Source: Giardia intestinalis
Taxonomy: Eukaryota
Reading direction: 5' to 3' (one strand)
DNA length: 64,000 bases
NCBI GenBank assembly: GCA_000002435.2
Contig: CM018793.1
Shown here: positions 41,001 to 51,444 of the stretch, in pieces
Layout of the letters: each line of letters begins with the position of its first letter
How positions within the stretch are numbered: the stretch's first letter is position 1
Notes under the pieces: generated by a model
Databases searched by the model: none
What the model saw: only the letters and a program-made list of their open reading frames with translations
What the model was told of the DNA's origin: nothing
Translations under genes and position numbers: made by a program

Positions 41001-42116
41001 ATCCTTGACGAGGAATCCGTACTGAAGAGGCTCGACTCTAAAGAAGCACGCCAAACCCTCTCCGAGTCCATTATTTTGACAATGAAGGATATCCTGTTGA
41101 GCAATGATTCATCACCGTTGGCGCCTGACAAAGGAAGCGCACAAAATACTCCGATTATGCCGTCTCTGGCCTCACCTCCAGGCTCTGCACGTCAGCATTC
41201 GCCCCCTTCCCAATTACCACCAATCACCCCTAAGGTAAAAGCCGCTATTTCTCCAGATGTTTCAGCACGTATAAAGGTAGGCAATCTAAAGCCTGTCATA
41301 ATTTTCAACGAAAATGTGGGTCAGATAACATCTGCTGCTCTTCCAGAGTCAAAGTTCGAAACAGCCTCATCAGTGCAGCACATCCCACAGGAAAAAAAGG
41401 AGGTGGAGGCAGGAAGTCTCCCTACGTCTCCAGCATCGAAGCCAGAGCCGGAACCAGAGCCATCCAAGGAAGCAAAGCCTATTGGTACGATCTTCTCACC
41501 CAGCGGGCATGATGAATTCAACAATACAATAAAGCCACCTGGTGATTCTAAAGCCGCCGGAGACGCGAAGAGAGTCATAGAGGCTATAGATTTGAGTATG
41601 TCTATCAAGAAATCATCTACGCTTTTGCAAAGCATATCTGCTGCACGCATGAATATAGCTGCCGCCTTGGCTGAACTAGAGAACTTACGGGAGCATTGTA
41701 GTGAAGACGAATATGCCAGTATTCTAACCTCTGCAGCGCCTCAGCTTCAAGAGGAGGCAAAGCACTTGAGCCACGTGCAATATAAAGTATCAACACTTGC
41801 AACACTCCATTCTTCGTCCTCTATGCTGACGTCATCTGCAGAAGCCTCCAAGGTCACACCCCACAGCCCGACGAACAGCGTATTATCCCAGTACATTGAC
41901 GCTGATGGCCACATACCTGCCAGTCAATTTGAGAGTATACTGGCTCAGTTTGGGAACAACCTGATTCAATCACTGAAGAGTTTGATTAGTCGGCCGAGCA
42001 TTGAGAGTGGTGAGGGAGCCCCTTCACAAAGCCAACAACCGCAGCCATTATCTGGTGCAGCTTTGGCGAGTGTCCTCCAGGTTCCTCTCTCACCAAAATA
42101 CCCTAGTAAATCTTAG
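38076..42116 (+). CDS. Large hypothetical protein (1346 aa); C-terminal third Ser/Pro-rich low complexity with coiled-coil-like stretches
   Basis: Single uninterrupted ORF; no motif recognised. Confidence 0.5.
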   Translation: MQFLYPTAIVGGTVQSNAQVVFHEVDQSVFIFMVTNCYVSVYHYSTVDENPSVTTAGFCVLLETKESCRITAIAIQGETLFAAASSGLTRNSEQKDGINPLHSPLKEGHSSSYLFAGSVTQLMRRYTTDPGTAGIAFLSPLPAELTLRIKEPIVLLRIVGLATPDSPDTSMRPSNADESQYSTVIAIVTQSGKFYYTYNNSPEICAVALKAPCTTIVECPRSTNISQLFLGGVGYVAMVSPFDGGSVRYIDLSQMSKQGDSTPINIVSIVKYGRYIYVFSDDSRVLQVKLSDGKALRTLNRPIHVFTVLGVTQSSELFHCYGTNGVVRLLTCDTLKLYHKVTISSFKHLHYYSSSSIVAMHVSKSGICSVLEDSTIAIYKQESPSDEALKNPRSMLRSRAGAPSSGDGCASANTHARDSNTLVLASVFYGHTPFSDSIFLGESITYSYAQTPGNPCYLSIRGAEYGQVHFFDVFPHYINFFSLGELVIGFCTTAEATRIKLLAKADPLSTVCMVIYSINARKFILSYSFKKFTKVDLLTASFTPDDKLQIYFVVDGNIFYFRNLDVKQSAFHNIVPLCAKLPHLKAADAFTSIITPQVPNFCYCLTKMGSIYQVAFGTDIKTHTRTIFQPPQDVIDVFGVHISPNGKYLLVGITSMIDSSLKNSPTDSYLRSDVFIINIDRESTRILLKQNIVETLSLSEIPEGPNALAVGYLGRNSETLPRNGKNTSTGFANMVSNQGDLSDMIYAVFFKYKSLISIRSVILNKRIALVNSLQLDSSLHNHQLYINNYGNLIVYVANDKAIVKFSPLSVAAFHSSLQLQTSARSSTDDVPSSTDFVFGEGTYFDEADSGILLPRPISTELTIKLEATYTGINPGKHGISDHIQPSDRHSNWGAESLECALSAHNLSTKGNGHTGDSQEQQDTMHNDSKYASLSEDSDLSNAVLEAYEYNMQTVNANQAPKLTETTLDSIFENVDILDEESVLKRLDSKEARQTLSESIILTMKDILLSNDSSPLAPDKGSAQNTPIMPSLASPPGSARQHSPPSQLPPITPKVKAAISPDVSARIKVGNLKPVIIFNENVGQITSAALPESKFETASSVQHIPQEKKEVEAGSLPTSPASKPEPEPEPSKEAKPIGTIFSPSGHDEFNNTIKPPGDSKAAGDAKRVIEAIDLSMSIKKSSTLLQSISAARMNIAAALAELENLREHCSEDEYASILTSAAPQLQEEAKHLSHVQYKVSTLATLHSSSSMLTSSAEASKVTPHSPTNSVLSQYIDADGHIPASQFESILAQFGNNLIQSLKSLISRPSIESGEGAPSQSQQPQPLSGAALASVLQVPLSPKYPSKS

Positions 42117-42147
42117 TACCAATCCTATGTAGTTATCTTTAAAAAAG

Positions 42148-42834
42148 ATGGACAACACTGCACAATACCTGAGAGAACTAACAGGGATTGAGGATCTCTC
42201 CATGGTCGAGTCTCTATCTCTTATTATAGACGTGTCAACTCAGTCGCTAGATCAGCTTTCTATGTTGTTGCCAAACTTGAAAGTCCTCAATGTAAGCCAT
42301 TCCGAAGTCACCATTTTAGACATATCTAGCGCATTCCCTAATTTGCGCGAGCTTATCCTCGATGAGTGCGAGCTCAGCGACCTTACTGGCATTTTCATGC
42401 TATCAAATTTAAAGAAGTTTAGGGCTCGGTCCAATTGTATCGAAGACTTGAGCCCTTTTTTAGAATGCTTTACCCTTGAGGTGATTGACCTTTGCCACAA
42501 CTCTATCTCAGACTTCAGTGCACTCTATAGCCTCACTCACCTGCCTCTTGTGAAACTGTTGGTTTCCGACAATCCTTTCTGGACACGTGCAAGCGATCAT
42601 CAAGCTATGGAACGCTGCTTACAAGAGCTTTTCCCTCGAGTTATGCAATTCTCATACCGTGAGCAAAGCCCAGAATCTCTATATGTTTCTCTGAGACTTG
42701 CAGCACCGACAGCCAAGCTGCTCAAGCATTCTAAATATGCCATAGGGACCAATGCACTTTTTAACTCGCCAAGCAGCCTTCTTCGGAGGAAGCGAAATAT
42801 TTCACAAGCGTGCCTTGTGTTTGACAGCCCATAA
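42148..42834 (+). CDS. Leucine-rich repeat protein (SDS22-like LRRs)
   Basis: Tandem ~22-aa 'LxxLxxLxLxxNxIxDL' repeats: 'LKVLNVSHSEVTILD', 'LRELILDECELSDLTG', 'LKKFRARSNCIEDLSP', 'LEVIDLCHNSISDFSAL'. Confidence 0.65.
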   Translation: MDNTAQYLRELTGIEDLSMVESLSLIIDVSTQSLDQLSMLLPNLKVLNVSHSEVTILDISSAFPNLRELILDECELSDLTGIFMLSNLKKFRARSNCIEDLSPFLECFTLEVIDLCHNSISDFSALYSLTHLPLVKLLVSDNPFWTRASDHQAMERCLQELFPRVMQFSYREQSPESLYVSLRLAAPTAKLLKHSKYAIGTNALFNSPSSLLRRKRNISQACLVFDSP

Positions 42835-42843
42835 CCCCAAAAA

Positions 42844-44649
42844 ATGCAACTGTCTGCCATTTCCTCTCCCAACATATCTCGTACCAGGATAGATACATCC
42901 ACCGCAGAGATGAATGATCTGCAGGTTGTATCTCAGCTTGCTGCCGTGCTGCCTGATGAAGGATCAATTATGGGCCCCACGTTATCGCGTGTTCCAAACG
43001 CGACGGTGCCGACTTACCAAGTTAGGACTCCCCTGCGCATGCCTCCTCACTCTGAGATGGATGTGAGCGTTACACTGATATCCGATAACGCATCCTCTTG
43101 CGTCTGTCGTACTGATGTAGCAGGAAATATAGAATGCTTTTTGCGCCCTCTTCTAGAGCATTTGCAAGGAAACGCATACGTTGCAAAGTTGTTTGTAAGA
43201 TCTCTTGACCTTGGTGAGGGACGCGCAACTGTGGAGATCTCTCGAATGTCGCCTGTTGCACAAATAATAATAGATATAGTAGTAACGAACGACATCAATG
43301 TCTCGCGTCTTAGTACAACTGAGTATAAGCCTGGAGAGTCTATGCATGTGTCCTTAAGGGACCAACCTGCTCCACCTTTGGCTTACAGACCTGACTTTGT
43401 TCCTCTCCATGTTCTGCATCCTCCTGAGCACGGCAATGTAGATGACACGCGTGCGCTGGATATTACAAGGCAAGAAGTTGCGGGGTTCTATGATAGTACT
43501 CTTCGCCCTGACGTTTGCCTCACGAATTCAAGCGATACGCAACTACTCGACCGCCTTGAAAGTGCATCAGCTAGTGCATACGGCAACATGTCATTGCATC
43601 ATCCCCACGTCAATGAGGGCAACTTTAGGCCTCCTTCTGGAGTTGACGTCTCTAATACTGTATATACCTGCCAAAACCACTTTCCTGATAGAGCAATTTT
43701 GGACCAGCCTATACCACCATCTGCCAACTTGGTGGACGTCCGACCCGTCAGTCCAATGCTTAGAGGCCAGCATGTAGAGTCGTTCACTGTCTCAAAAAAG
43801 AAGTATATCAGAGTCCTACCCTCAGATTGCCTCTTTGGCCCTGCAACCACTGTACACCCTCAAATGCGTACTATTAGAATTCGTAACATCTACTCGTCAG
43901 ATATACGTGTTGAGTGTGCTATCGCATCTCGATCTTTTGCTTCCGAGAAGCAAAGCATTTACCCAGAACTTGCTGTAGGATCAGGAGCATTTGAAATAGT
44001 TTCTCAGGCGGAGTTCCGTATACCCGCATCTGCAGATCAAACAAAGAACTTTAGAGAGATCTCAATCCGCTTTTCTCCTTCCCATATTAATACTATTCTT
44101 CATGCGGCGAAAGTCATCATAAATGTGGCACCCGATGTCCACAGCGACCAGCATGATAATCGTGCCTTTCAAATACCTCTTCTTGGCATAGCAGGGCGTC
44201 CATTTCTGACACTCATGGGGGATGACTTGTCTCGCCCCGATGCTCTTATTAAAATTGGTGACCAAGTATCTCTCCGATTGAAGAACGATGGCCTGGCCCC
44301 TGCTTTTGTCAAAACTGCAGCCATCGTTCAACCGAAGGTTCCAGACGCGTCTGGGTACCTTTCGCACACGGCGTCAGAGGCATACAAGACCATACCTGAC
44401 AGCTGTATTATTGCCCCAGGCTGCTCTAAAGATATCTTTATTACACGTACTGGTGTGAGTAATAAGAATTCTGAAGAAGAGGAAGTTATTGAGATTCGAT
44501 ATGGGCACGAAGGTCTTCGTTTGCTTGGAATGGCCTATGAAGGCCGCGGACCATGGGCTGAATTAATTAAACAGCTCCAACTCCGCGAGGACCCCCTTCG
44601 CATTATGGGACAGAATATCGAAAAACTGACCATTAGATTGAAGGTGTAA
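42844..44649 (+). CDS. Hypothetical protein
   Basis: 601 aa ORF, no recognised motif. Confidence 0.4.
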   Translation: MQLSAISSPNISRTRIDTSTAEMNDLQVVSQLAAVLPDEGSIMGPTLSRVPNATVPTYQVRTPLRMPPHSEMDVSVTLISDNASSCVCRTDVAGNIECFLRPLLEHLQGNAYVAKLFVRSLDLGEGRATVEISRMSPVAQIIIDIVVTNDINVSRLSTTEYKPGESMHVSLRDQPAPPLAYRPDFVPLHVLHPPEHGNVDDTRALDITRQEVAGFYDSTLRPDVCLTNSSDTQLLDRLESASASAYGNMSLHHPHVNEGNFRPPSGVDVSNTVYTCQNHFPDRAILDQPIPPSANLVDVRPVSPMLRGQHVESFTVSKKKYIRVLPSDCLFGPATTVHPQMRTIRIRNIYSSDIRVECAIASRSFASEKQSIYPELAVGSGAFEIVSQAEFRIPASADQTKNFREISIRFSPSHINTILHAAKVIINVAPDVHSDQHDNRAFQIPLLGIAGRPFLTLMGDDLSRPDALIKIGDQVSLRLKNDGLAPAFVKTAAIVQPKVPDASGYLSHTASEAYKTIPDSCIIAPGCSKDIFITRTGVSNKNSEEEEVIEIRYGHEGLRLLGMAYEGRGPWAELIKQLQLREDPLRIMGQNIEKLTIRLKV

Positions 44650-44889
44650 ACAGATATAAATCCCTCTATAGAATCACATAGTAACGTATGATACACTAAA
44701 GTATGCAAGAAGGCAGGTAGAAGGCGAGACGATTGTTTCTTGATCGCTGAGTCTTCATTAAACAATTCGCGGTACACCAAATGTAACCTAAAATAATGAA
44801 TCCAGTAAATGAAGATACTGAAGTATACATTCGGTGATCGTGACTATTCACGATAAACCTGAACAATAGCAAGAGGGGCCTTTATAGCG

Positions 44890-46119
44890 TCAGGAGATTG
44901 TTGCCAATCTTTGATAATTTCCATCAAAAAGAGCCAAGAGAAGGCGCTTAAAGTTACCTGTAGAGATACTTCGTAGCTCAGTACGTAAGGGCTTCTTGCT
45001 AAAGTGCTGGAATTCTTGTGCAACGTTGCTGATGTCTTCAAGGCAGGCCAAAAATGCCCGAAGCAGGCTCCTATCCCTGTATTCCCTAATAGTTCTGTAA
45101 ATGATCCATGCATAACACCGAGCGGGGTTGGTAACAAAGTAGTATCTCAGGCGTAAGGCATAGGATATAACGCCTGTGAATTCTTCTTCCAGGACCGTGT
45201 CCAACTCTGTTCCAGTTCTGGACTTATACTCGGCTGCAACTGCTCGGAGGTGTGCTGGAGACGAAAGAAACAGCATTTCATAAAAGGTCGCTTCCCTGTG
45301 TGCAAAGCCTTTGGTGGCCTCTAGAAGCTCATCTACAGACGCGTCGACCTGGGCCCTGAACTGAGTACTGGTGGTATCCAAATGATCTATGCTTGCAATA
45401 GTCGTCAGTGAAGAAGATTTTCCATGTGAATCATTCGGCTTTTCAGTGCACAGCGCATACATGCCACGATAAGATAAACTATATAAGCCGACACTAACGA
45501 GCTGGTGGAGAGCCGACTGTCTGCTGAGAAAACTGAGGACATCAACAAACATATCTAAACCGCCTGTAAGCATATTGTAGGCGTTCCTCATCCCCATTAT
45601 GTCGGCATCTGTCCGCGTGCAAAGAAGCTCAATGACCTCTAAAAAGTTAGGCAGGCTGGACTGGCTGTCTCTTGCCTTTGCAATTATGCCATCACTGTGG
45701 TAAAGAGAGCCGTACAGGCACTCTGCATCATACTTGTAGGGGTCTGTAAAGTAGCCTCGAAGAAGCTCTCCGTAGTAACAAGAAGAAGGAATGATTGATT
45801 CTCCGTCATCAGGTCCTCCTTCTTCATGCTCCAGCCCCTCATATATCGCAGCAATACCGTTGACGGAGGACGAACCATAGATGGACAAGTGACCAAAGCT
45901 TCGGTGGGAGAAGCCATGAGCTGTAAAGAAGAGCTCGCCAAAATAAGCTTGGTACTTGAGCGTCATATAGACTGCTTGCTGCCGCGAAAGAGACTTACTC
46001 AGAGAAATTATCATCTTATGGTCATGTCTAGTAATTGCATCTTTGAGTTGAGAAAGCTTATTAGTCATGTTAGAGATAGTACAGTTGCGAGACATCCCGC
46101 AATATAGTACTAAGGACAT
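44890..46119 (-). CDS. Annexin-like protein (alpha-giardin family candidate)
   Basis: Annexin-repeat-like segments, e.g. 'TKGFAHREATFYEMLFLSSPAHLRAVAAEYKSRTGTELDTVLEEEFTGVISYALRL' and 'ITRHDHKMIISLSKSLSRQQAVYMTLKYQAYFGELFFTAHGFS'; 409 aa. Confidence 0.45.
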   Translation of the reverse strand: MSLVLYCGMSRNCTISNMTNKLSQLKDAITRHDHKMIISLSKSLSRQQAVYMTLKYQAYFGELFFTAHGFSHRSFGHLSIYGSSSVNGIAAIYEGLEHEEGGPDDGESIIPSSCYYGELLRGYFTDPYKYDAECLYGSLYHSDGIIAKARDSQSSLPNFLEVIELLCTRTDADIMGMRNAYNMLTGGLDMFVDVLSFLSRQSALHQLVSVGLYSLSYRGMYALCTEKPNDSHGKSSSLTTIASIDHLDTTSTQFRAQVDASVDELLEATKGFAHREATFYEMLFLSSPAHLRAVAAEYKSRTGTELDTVLEEEFTGVISYALRLRYYFVTNPARCYAWIIYRTIREYRDRSLLRAFLACLEDISNVAQEFQHFSKKPLRTELRSISTGNFKRLLLALFDGNYQRLATIS

Positions 46120-46160
46120 GTAGCTCTAGCCTTAGCGGACACAACTTGATATAATTTTTC

Positions 46161-48524
46161 TTGATACAATTTTTAAGAGGCGAACGCCTTTTGTACATTA
46201 TGAGACTGCACTTGCTATTGTACGCCTTTATATCCATGATCTTGGCATCTATTACATACGGTAGCTCAGACATGACAGTGGACGGACCAGTTATGGCTCT
46301 AGCAAGTTTCAACGACAAGAGACTGATAGATTTGGTTTCTCTAACTTCTGATCGTAAGTGTATTACTATTCAAACTAATAAGGGCCCGGTACGTTTACCA
46401 AGCGGCCGACCAGCCAATTCAGACGTTACTCTCAGCTCTGAGGGTTATCCGTCTATTTGTCCACGCGATAATGATGATTCTGTGACACAGAATCTTATCA
46501 TTATCCAAATAAAGGTGTTAGACTTTAGCAGGAATGGACGCATGGATCTGCTGGTATCCTTAGCTCCTGATAGTTATAAAATTGACCGTAACAACAAACA
46601 GGTGGTCAACCTTCTGTATCTTCAGGTCGGCGAAGAGAAAAGCAAGTACTCACTAAACACCCTTCCCACTCTTTTCCCAGAAAATACTATAGACTTTTAT
46701 AAGCCCATCAGATTGATCAATACAGCAGAACCGCCAGTCCCTCTCATGATAAACGACAATGTGTATGCACCAGACTTGGTCTATGCAGAGAATAACACAA
46801 CACTGAAGGTACTCATCAATCAGCTGGCAGACTATACAATAGGAGACGATGGTAATATTTCACTATACCGCTGTCTAAATGATGCTAAGGTGGCTTCCGA
46901 TTGTTTTAGAGATGCAGTACTATATGATGAAAGCATGTCAACGATACAGGGTGCTGAGGTTTCTATCCCACTGGACATATCGCAAGTTGACCTCAGTGGA
47001 AACTGCAAGCCTGAGCTTGCACTGAAAATGGATGTTAAGTGCCACGACATAAGTCAAGATGCCGTCTTTATTGATCAGATAAGTAGACTTTCAAAGGTTT
47101 CTTCGGCTGTGCTCAAGCAACACCTCCCCTATGGACAGACTGACGTTTGCTCTGTTGTGCAGGTCTTCACTCTTAATTACTCCAGCACATCTCCCGTTAC
47201 CCTCTATACACCAAGCCCTGAGCATTCTATCTTTCTCGGAGTAGGCGTTGGCATGCTCACCTTTGTCGACATAAACAATAATGCAGCGATAGATATTGTC
47301 TTCACCATCTGTCGAGGACGTGAGACATCTGAATGCCTTTTAGAGAATAGCATTCACATCCTGCACAATAAGCAAATGTATGTTTGTGCGTCTTCCTCGA
47401 GCACACAAGGTCTTTGTCGCGGGAAAACAGACATGTGTTTGGATGACCCCAACTATGCCTTTAATAGCCGTGAGATGGACATTATCATATATCCCATAGC
47501 TAATATTAAAGAGCCGGACACCGAAGAAATAATCTCCTTAACTGCAAACACTATGGCCAGCCAGTTCAATGTTCCTCGTGTAGTGGCTATAGACTACCGA
47601 CTCCAACGCAAGCTATCGCTCATTGTTCCAGTGAAGGCAAACAACGAAAACACACTCCTTATCTTAGATCTAGAGCCATGCAGTGGAAGTACTAGTAAAA
47701 TGATGGACGCATGGGAAAATAAGCGCTATGATGAGCTTCTGCAGCTACATCAGAGCGCACTCAGAGAGACTGAGCATTGTCCAGATTACCTTCAGATAAG
47801 TTCTATTGCAGACTACCGCGTTTACCCCTCCTATGTCGATACTAATCTTCTCAACATAGAGAACACTAAGGGCGCCTACCTCGGTAACTTTGTTGATTTT
47901 GTTGGAAATGGCCATGCTAACCTGGTTGTCAACATTCCTAGTACATCGGTTTTCCTCCAGATTTCTCTGCCTCAGCAGATCACTGGCTTCTTTCTCAAAG
48001 TCAAGGGCTTGAATGATCTTTGCTTTGACTCTTGCAAGTCAGCAAATCCTAAATGGAAGAAATGTTATTACACAACTGCGGTACCTGGAGTTAGCTTCAA
48101 GTATGTTACTAGCGATACTTCTGCTGTTCCAGCTGCGGGGGCAGGATCGCAGTTCTGCACTATCGCGGCTAACCCGCTTATGCTCCCGCATATGTTCTGG
48201 GGCATTAGCGACGTTGCCCAGTACATCGACGTCCTCTTTGCCGGGAACATTTATTCAGGCAACGACAACTATATGTACTGGAGCGGAATTGTCCCCAATT
48301 CTTATGTAACCATATCGCAGTATCCTCCGAGCGCCGCGTCTCGGTGGGTTCTCAACTCGTTTCTCCCTGATGTCAGAGGAACCGAATCGTTTGTCATTGT
48401 CTTCGCCCTGGGAACCTTCCTCATCCTCCTCCTCGTCACAATCAGTCTCCACTGCTGCGAGCTGAAGCGCGACAAGCAGCTAGAAAGACAGTACTCCCAC
48501 AGCCTCTACCGATCAGAGCTTTAG
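46161..48524 (+). CDS. Type I membrane protein with FG-GAP / integrin-alpha-like beta-propeller repeats (ITFG1/TIP-like candidate)
   Basis: Signal peptide 'MRLHLLLYAFISMILASITYG'; repeated 'DxNxdGxxDl' motifs ('DFSRNGRMDLLV', 'DLSGNCKPELAL', 'DINNNAAIDIVF', 'DFVGNGHANLVV'); C-terminal TM 'FVIVFALGTFLILLLVTISL'. Confidence 0.45.
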   Translation: MIQFLRGERLLYIMRLHLLLYAFISMILASITYGSSDMTVDGPVMALASFNDKRLIDLVSLTSDRKCITIQTNKGPVRLPSGRPANSDVTLSSEGYPSICPRDNDDSVTQNLIIIQIKVLDFSRNGRMDLLVSLAPDSYKIDRNNKQVVNLLYLQVGEEKSKYSLNTLPTLFPENTIDFYKPIRLINTAEPPVPLMINDNVYAPDLVYAENNTTLKVLINQLADYTIGDDGNISLYRCLNDAKVASDCFRDAVLYDESMSTIQGAEVSIPLDISQVDLSGNCKPELALKMDVKCHDISQDAVFIDQISRLSKVSSAVLKQHLPYGQTDVCSVVQVFTLNYSSTSPVTLYTPSPEHSIFLGVGVGMLTFVDINNNAAIDIVFTICRGRETSECLLENSIHILHNKQMYVCASSSSTQGLCRGKTDMCLDDPNYAFNSREMDIIIYPIANIKEPDTEEIISLTANTMASQFNVPRVVAIDYRLQRKLSLIVPVKANNENTLLILDLEPCSGSTSKMMDAWENKRYDELLQLHQSALRETEHCPDYLQISSIADYRVYPSYVDTNLLNIENTKGAYLGNFVDFVGNGHANLVVNIPSTSVFLQISLPQQITGFFLKVKGLNDLCFDSCKSANPKWKKCYYTTAVPGVSFKYVTSDTSAVPAAGAGSQFCTIAANPLMLPHMFWGISDVAQYIDVLFAGNIYSGNDNYMYWSGIVPNSYVTISQYPPSAASRWVLNSFLPDVRGTESFVIVFALGTFLILLLVTISLHCCELKRDKQLERQYSHSLYRSEL

Positions 48525-48648
48525 CGCTCTGTACCGACATCAGTCGACCTTGCAGCCTCAATCCCTATGAGCAGATCGCTTAGTTCACTTGAAGGGAATT
48601 CGAGAGTATAGAAATAGACATAGGGACACAGTGCCACTGAAGACCAGG

Positions 48649-49602
48649 CTACTCCTGATCTACCTTGAGGGTCTCCTCAGGCACGTCAACCTCTGACGGG
48701 TCGTTGGTTGGCTCTGCAGTGAGGGCGTCTGGCTGAGTAAGGGCGGTGGCCTTGGTGCGGTCGTACAGCTTCTTGACGGCGGCGCAAGGGCAGCACTTGA
48801 GCACGCTGATGGCAACCGTGACCAGGACACCCACGGTAACCGTCAGGGCAAGGGGCCAAACTGTCCAGCCAATATCGTAATCCATTGCGACAGTGAACGT
48901 GCACGTGGGCGACCCTGCAGTAGTGGTACCGTCTAACTTCAAGGTAACTCCACTCACTATATTGCCATAGTTCTTCTCGAGTACGTCTTTAAGAGAAGAG
49001 ACAGTCATGGTGGTAACAGTAGTTGTTGATGAACTTGTCGATAGGTTCGATAATTTAACCGTTGCCATGAGGCGCTCGGCGGGGGGAGGGCCTGTGGGCA
49101 CTCCATTGAGCTTGGGCCAGTGTCGCCTAACCTTCTCTGTGACAAGATCGGCCCACGGCTTTGTTTCTGAGGTGGTAAACTTGCTGTTGACGAAGTTGAA
49201 GTCCATTAGGCAGCTGGCACCTTCTCCGTTTGTGCATGTGAATTTCTGGCCCGACTGCGTGTATACAAAGCTTGAGGCCTTTCCGCCGAAGACCGTGCTG
49301 GAAAATGCAGTGATAGCGTAGCTCTTGCTGTCTCCGGTTTCTGTGGTAATGGATGCGCCAGGAGGATTGGCCAGTTCGATTCCGAAGTGGCTCGTGTCAT
49401 CGAACCCGGCCTTTAGTATGTTGATCGAGTGCTTGTTTACCCTGACCGAGAACGTCAGGAGAACCGTTCGGGCACCGTTTGTCGTGGAGGTGCACGAGCC
49501 AGTGTATACCGTGTTGTAGCCTACCCGCTCACGGGGCTTGTGTGCTGGAAACGCCCCTGCCAGCAGGGCCTGGAAGAGGATGAGAGCAAATACCCCGGCC
49601 AT
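48649..49602 (-). CDS. Hypothetical type I membrane protein, Thr/Ser-rich ectodomain
   Basis: Signal peptide 'MAGVFALILFQALLAGAFP', 'STSSSTTTVTTMTVSS', C-terminal TM 'WPLALTVTVGVLVTVAISVL' plus 'KCCPCAAVKK' tail. Confidence 0.5.
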   Translation of the reverse strand: MAGVFALILFQALLAGAFPAHKPRERVGYNTVYTGSCTSTTNGARTVLLTFSVRVNKHSINILKAGFDDTSHFGIELANPPGASITTETGDSKSYAITAFSSTVFGGKASSFVYTQSGQKFTCTNGEGASCLMDFNFVNSKFTTSETKPWADLVTEKVRRHWPKLNGVPTGPPPAERLMATVKLSNLSTSSSTTTVTTMTVSSLKDVLEKNYGNIVSGVTLKLDGTTTAGSPTCTFTVAMDYDIGWTVWPLALTVTVGVLVTVAISVLKCCPCAAVKKLYDRTKATALTQPDALTAEPTNDPSEVDVPEETLKVDQE

Positions 49603-49618
49603 TTGTTAATATTTGCGT

Positions 49619-50800
49619 CTAATTTACACCGTCCAAATCCGGCTCGGCAATGATGCCCTCGATGACCGTCAGCAGCGAGTCGGCTAGATAGCAGCGGTCT
49701 CCCAGCGACTCCACAGTGCTCAAGTGGAGCTCCCGCAGAAGGGGATAGGCTCCCAGGTCCTGCAGGCTTTTCTTTCCGTGATCGGTGTGGCAATACAGGA
49801 GCAAGCAATCGCTAAGGTTGGCACACGTCTCTTCGCTGGGAAACCTAAGCGACGAAAGGCTAGCCATGTGCGCCTGAATCCTCTCTGGCAGGGCAGCATG
49901 CTCTTCTGGAGTCAGCCCGGCTCCACGTGGCTCCGCTTTGGTCTCAAGGCTTCTCTCGCAAACAAGAGCTAGCAAGATATGTTCTACCAACGGCTCAAGC
50001 ATCTCGGCGGTCTGAGCCCGGTTCTCGGCCTGATCGGACCCAGTAGCGGACTGGTCAGCGGGTCGGAGCATCAAAAACATGTTGTGGAGGAGCTGGCTGT
50101 ACTGAAAGGATATCCCTGGATAATCAGCGGCTGTATCAACAATGTGGGCTCCAACAAGGTTCGCCGCGAGAGAGTCGACAAAGAGGTGCGCGACAGATGG
50201 AGCGTCCCCTGTGGCTGTGGCAATGTTGATCAGCAGGTAGAGCGATCGCTGAATGAGCGGAGCAGTGCCAACCGTTGCTTTAGTGAACGATATGTTAAAC
50301 ATGAGCCCTGCAGCATTTGGCAAGCTAGGAGACGTCAGCAGGGTCCTAGTTATCTCCAGACATCGAGTAAAATTTATCAGAATGGCAGCAAACACCGTGT
50401 GAATCCTATTCTCCGGTGTTAGACGCAGGAGGGCCATTAGAAGGTACTCTAAAAGAGGAGATAAAGACGGAGAGGCGGCGAGGGCGTCTAGAAACTCCTG
50501 GGCTCTGCTTGCAGCCAAAAAGACTTGCTGCGAGAGGAGAACCTCCGTGAGCTCCTCCTCCCGCTCTGGCGTGGACCTGGCCTTTGCAGACAGGGCATCG
50601 ATGACAGCAGGGGACGACAGGGCGGAGATTACGTCGGGGTCATCCGAGGCCCGTACCAGCGTCGTGAGCGTCTCTGCAGTTAACGACGGCGGCGTCCTTT
50701 TCAGCGCAGAAAGACAGGGATCCATGTTCAGGGAAATGTCCTCAGTTGCCGGGGGCTGGCTCTTTGCCCACAACAGTGGGGGATTTTTTGCTACCCCCAA
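49619..50800 (-). CDS. Hypothetical Leu-rich helical-repeat protein (possibly HGH1/DUF383-384-like)
   Basis: 393 aa; C-terminal 'LLLYCHTDHGKKSLQDLGAYPLLRELH' resembles the conserved HGH1 C-terminal motif as I recall it (weak). Confidence 0.3.
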   Translation of the reverse strand: MGVAKNPPLLWAKSQPPATEDISLNMDPCLSALKRTPPSLTAETLTTLVRASDDPDVISALSSPAVIDALSAKARSTPEREEELTEVLLSQQVFLAASRAQEFLDALAASPSLSPLLEYLLMALLRLTPENRIHTVFAAILINFTRCLEITRTLLTSPSLPNAAGLMFNISFTKATVGTAPLIQRSLYLLINIATATGDAPSVAHLFVDSLAANLVGAHIVDTAADYPGISFQYSQLLHNMFLMLRPADQSATGSDQAENRAQTAEMLEPLVEHILLALVCERSLETKAEPRGAGLTPEEHAALPERIQAHMASLSSLRFPSEETCANLSDCLLLYCHTDHGKKSLQDLGAYPLLRELHLSTVESLGDRCYLADSLLTVIEGIIAEPDLDGVN

Positions 50801-51444
50801 CCTGGGGTGTAAAGCAGCCGGACTTCACCGTGCACAGAATAGAGCCTATCTTGGCTGGGACTACTTCCGAGTCCACACCGGTGGCTTTCTGCCGTACAAC
50901 ACACCACATCATTGGAACAAGAAGGCGTTGTGACTGAGGGGCTCTGGGCTGCTTATCCAATGAAGGGGCGGCTTCCAAGCTCACTGGCGGGATATACCTA
51001 CGCTAGTGCACATTGTAGGCTACGCCAATGGAGCAGAGCTACGGCTCCGTCTGAACGGCCGCACATCCCGCTGTGCACCCCTGGATTAGCACTCGTGGCT
51101 ACACGTACTGAACAGAACATCCCCGCCAGCTCGCCTGTTCTGCTGATACTGTCAGGATCACCGATCCCTCCAACGTCCCAGTAAGCCGGCCATCCGATAC
51201 CGGCCAGGAAGCACAGATACATAGGACATCGGAGGATGCTCGAAATCTCCTGCTCTGGAATGGCTGTCGTCCTCCCCCTCTGGGTCTCTATTATAGTTGT
51301 ACTAGTAGTCCACTGGCGTCCAACTCAATAATCACACACTCATCAAGCTAGTAACATCCAGAACAAGCCCTCTATAGATTCCTGCTAGTGTAACTGCCAC
51401 GTGGTTGGAAGCGCACTACTAGAGGCTGGCCATTTACTATAGGG

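Noticed and set aside
41341-41360. 'GTTCGAAAC' T-loop-like string
   Set aside because: It lies within the long 38076-42116 CDS and lacks the flanking tRNA acceptor and anticodon stem complementarity.
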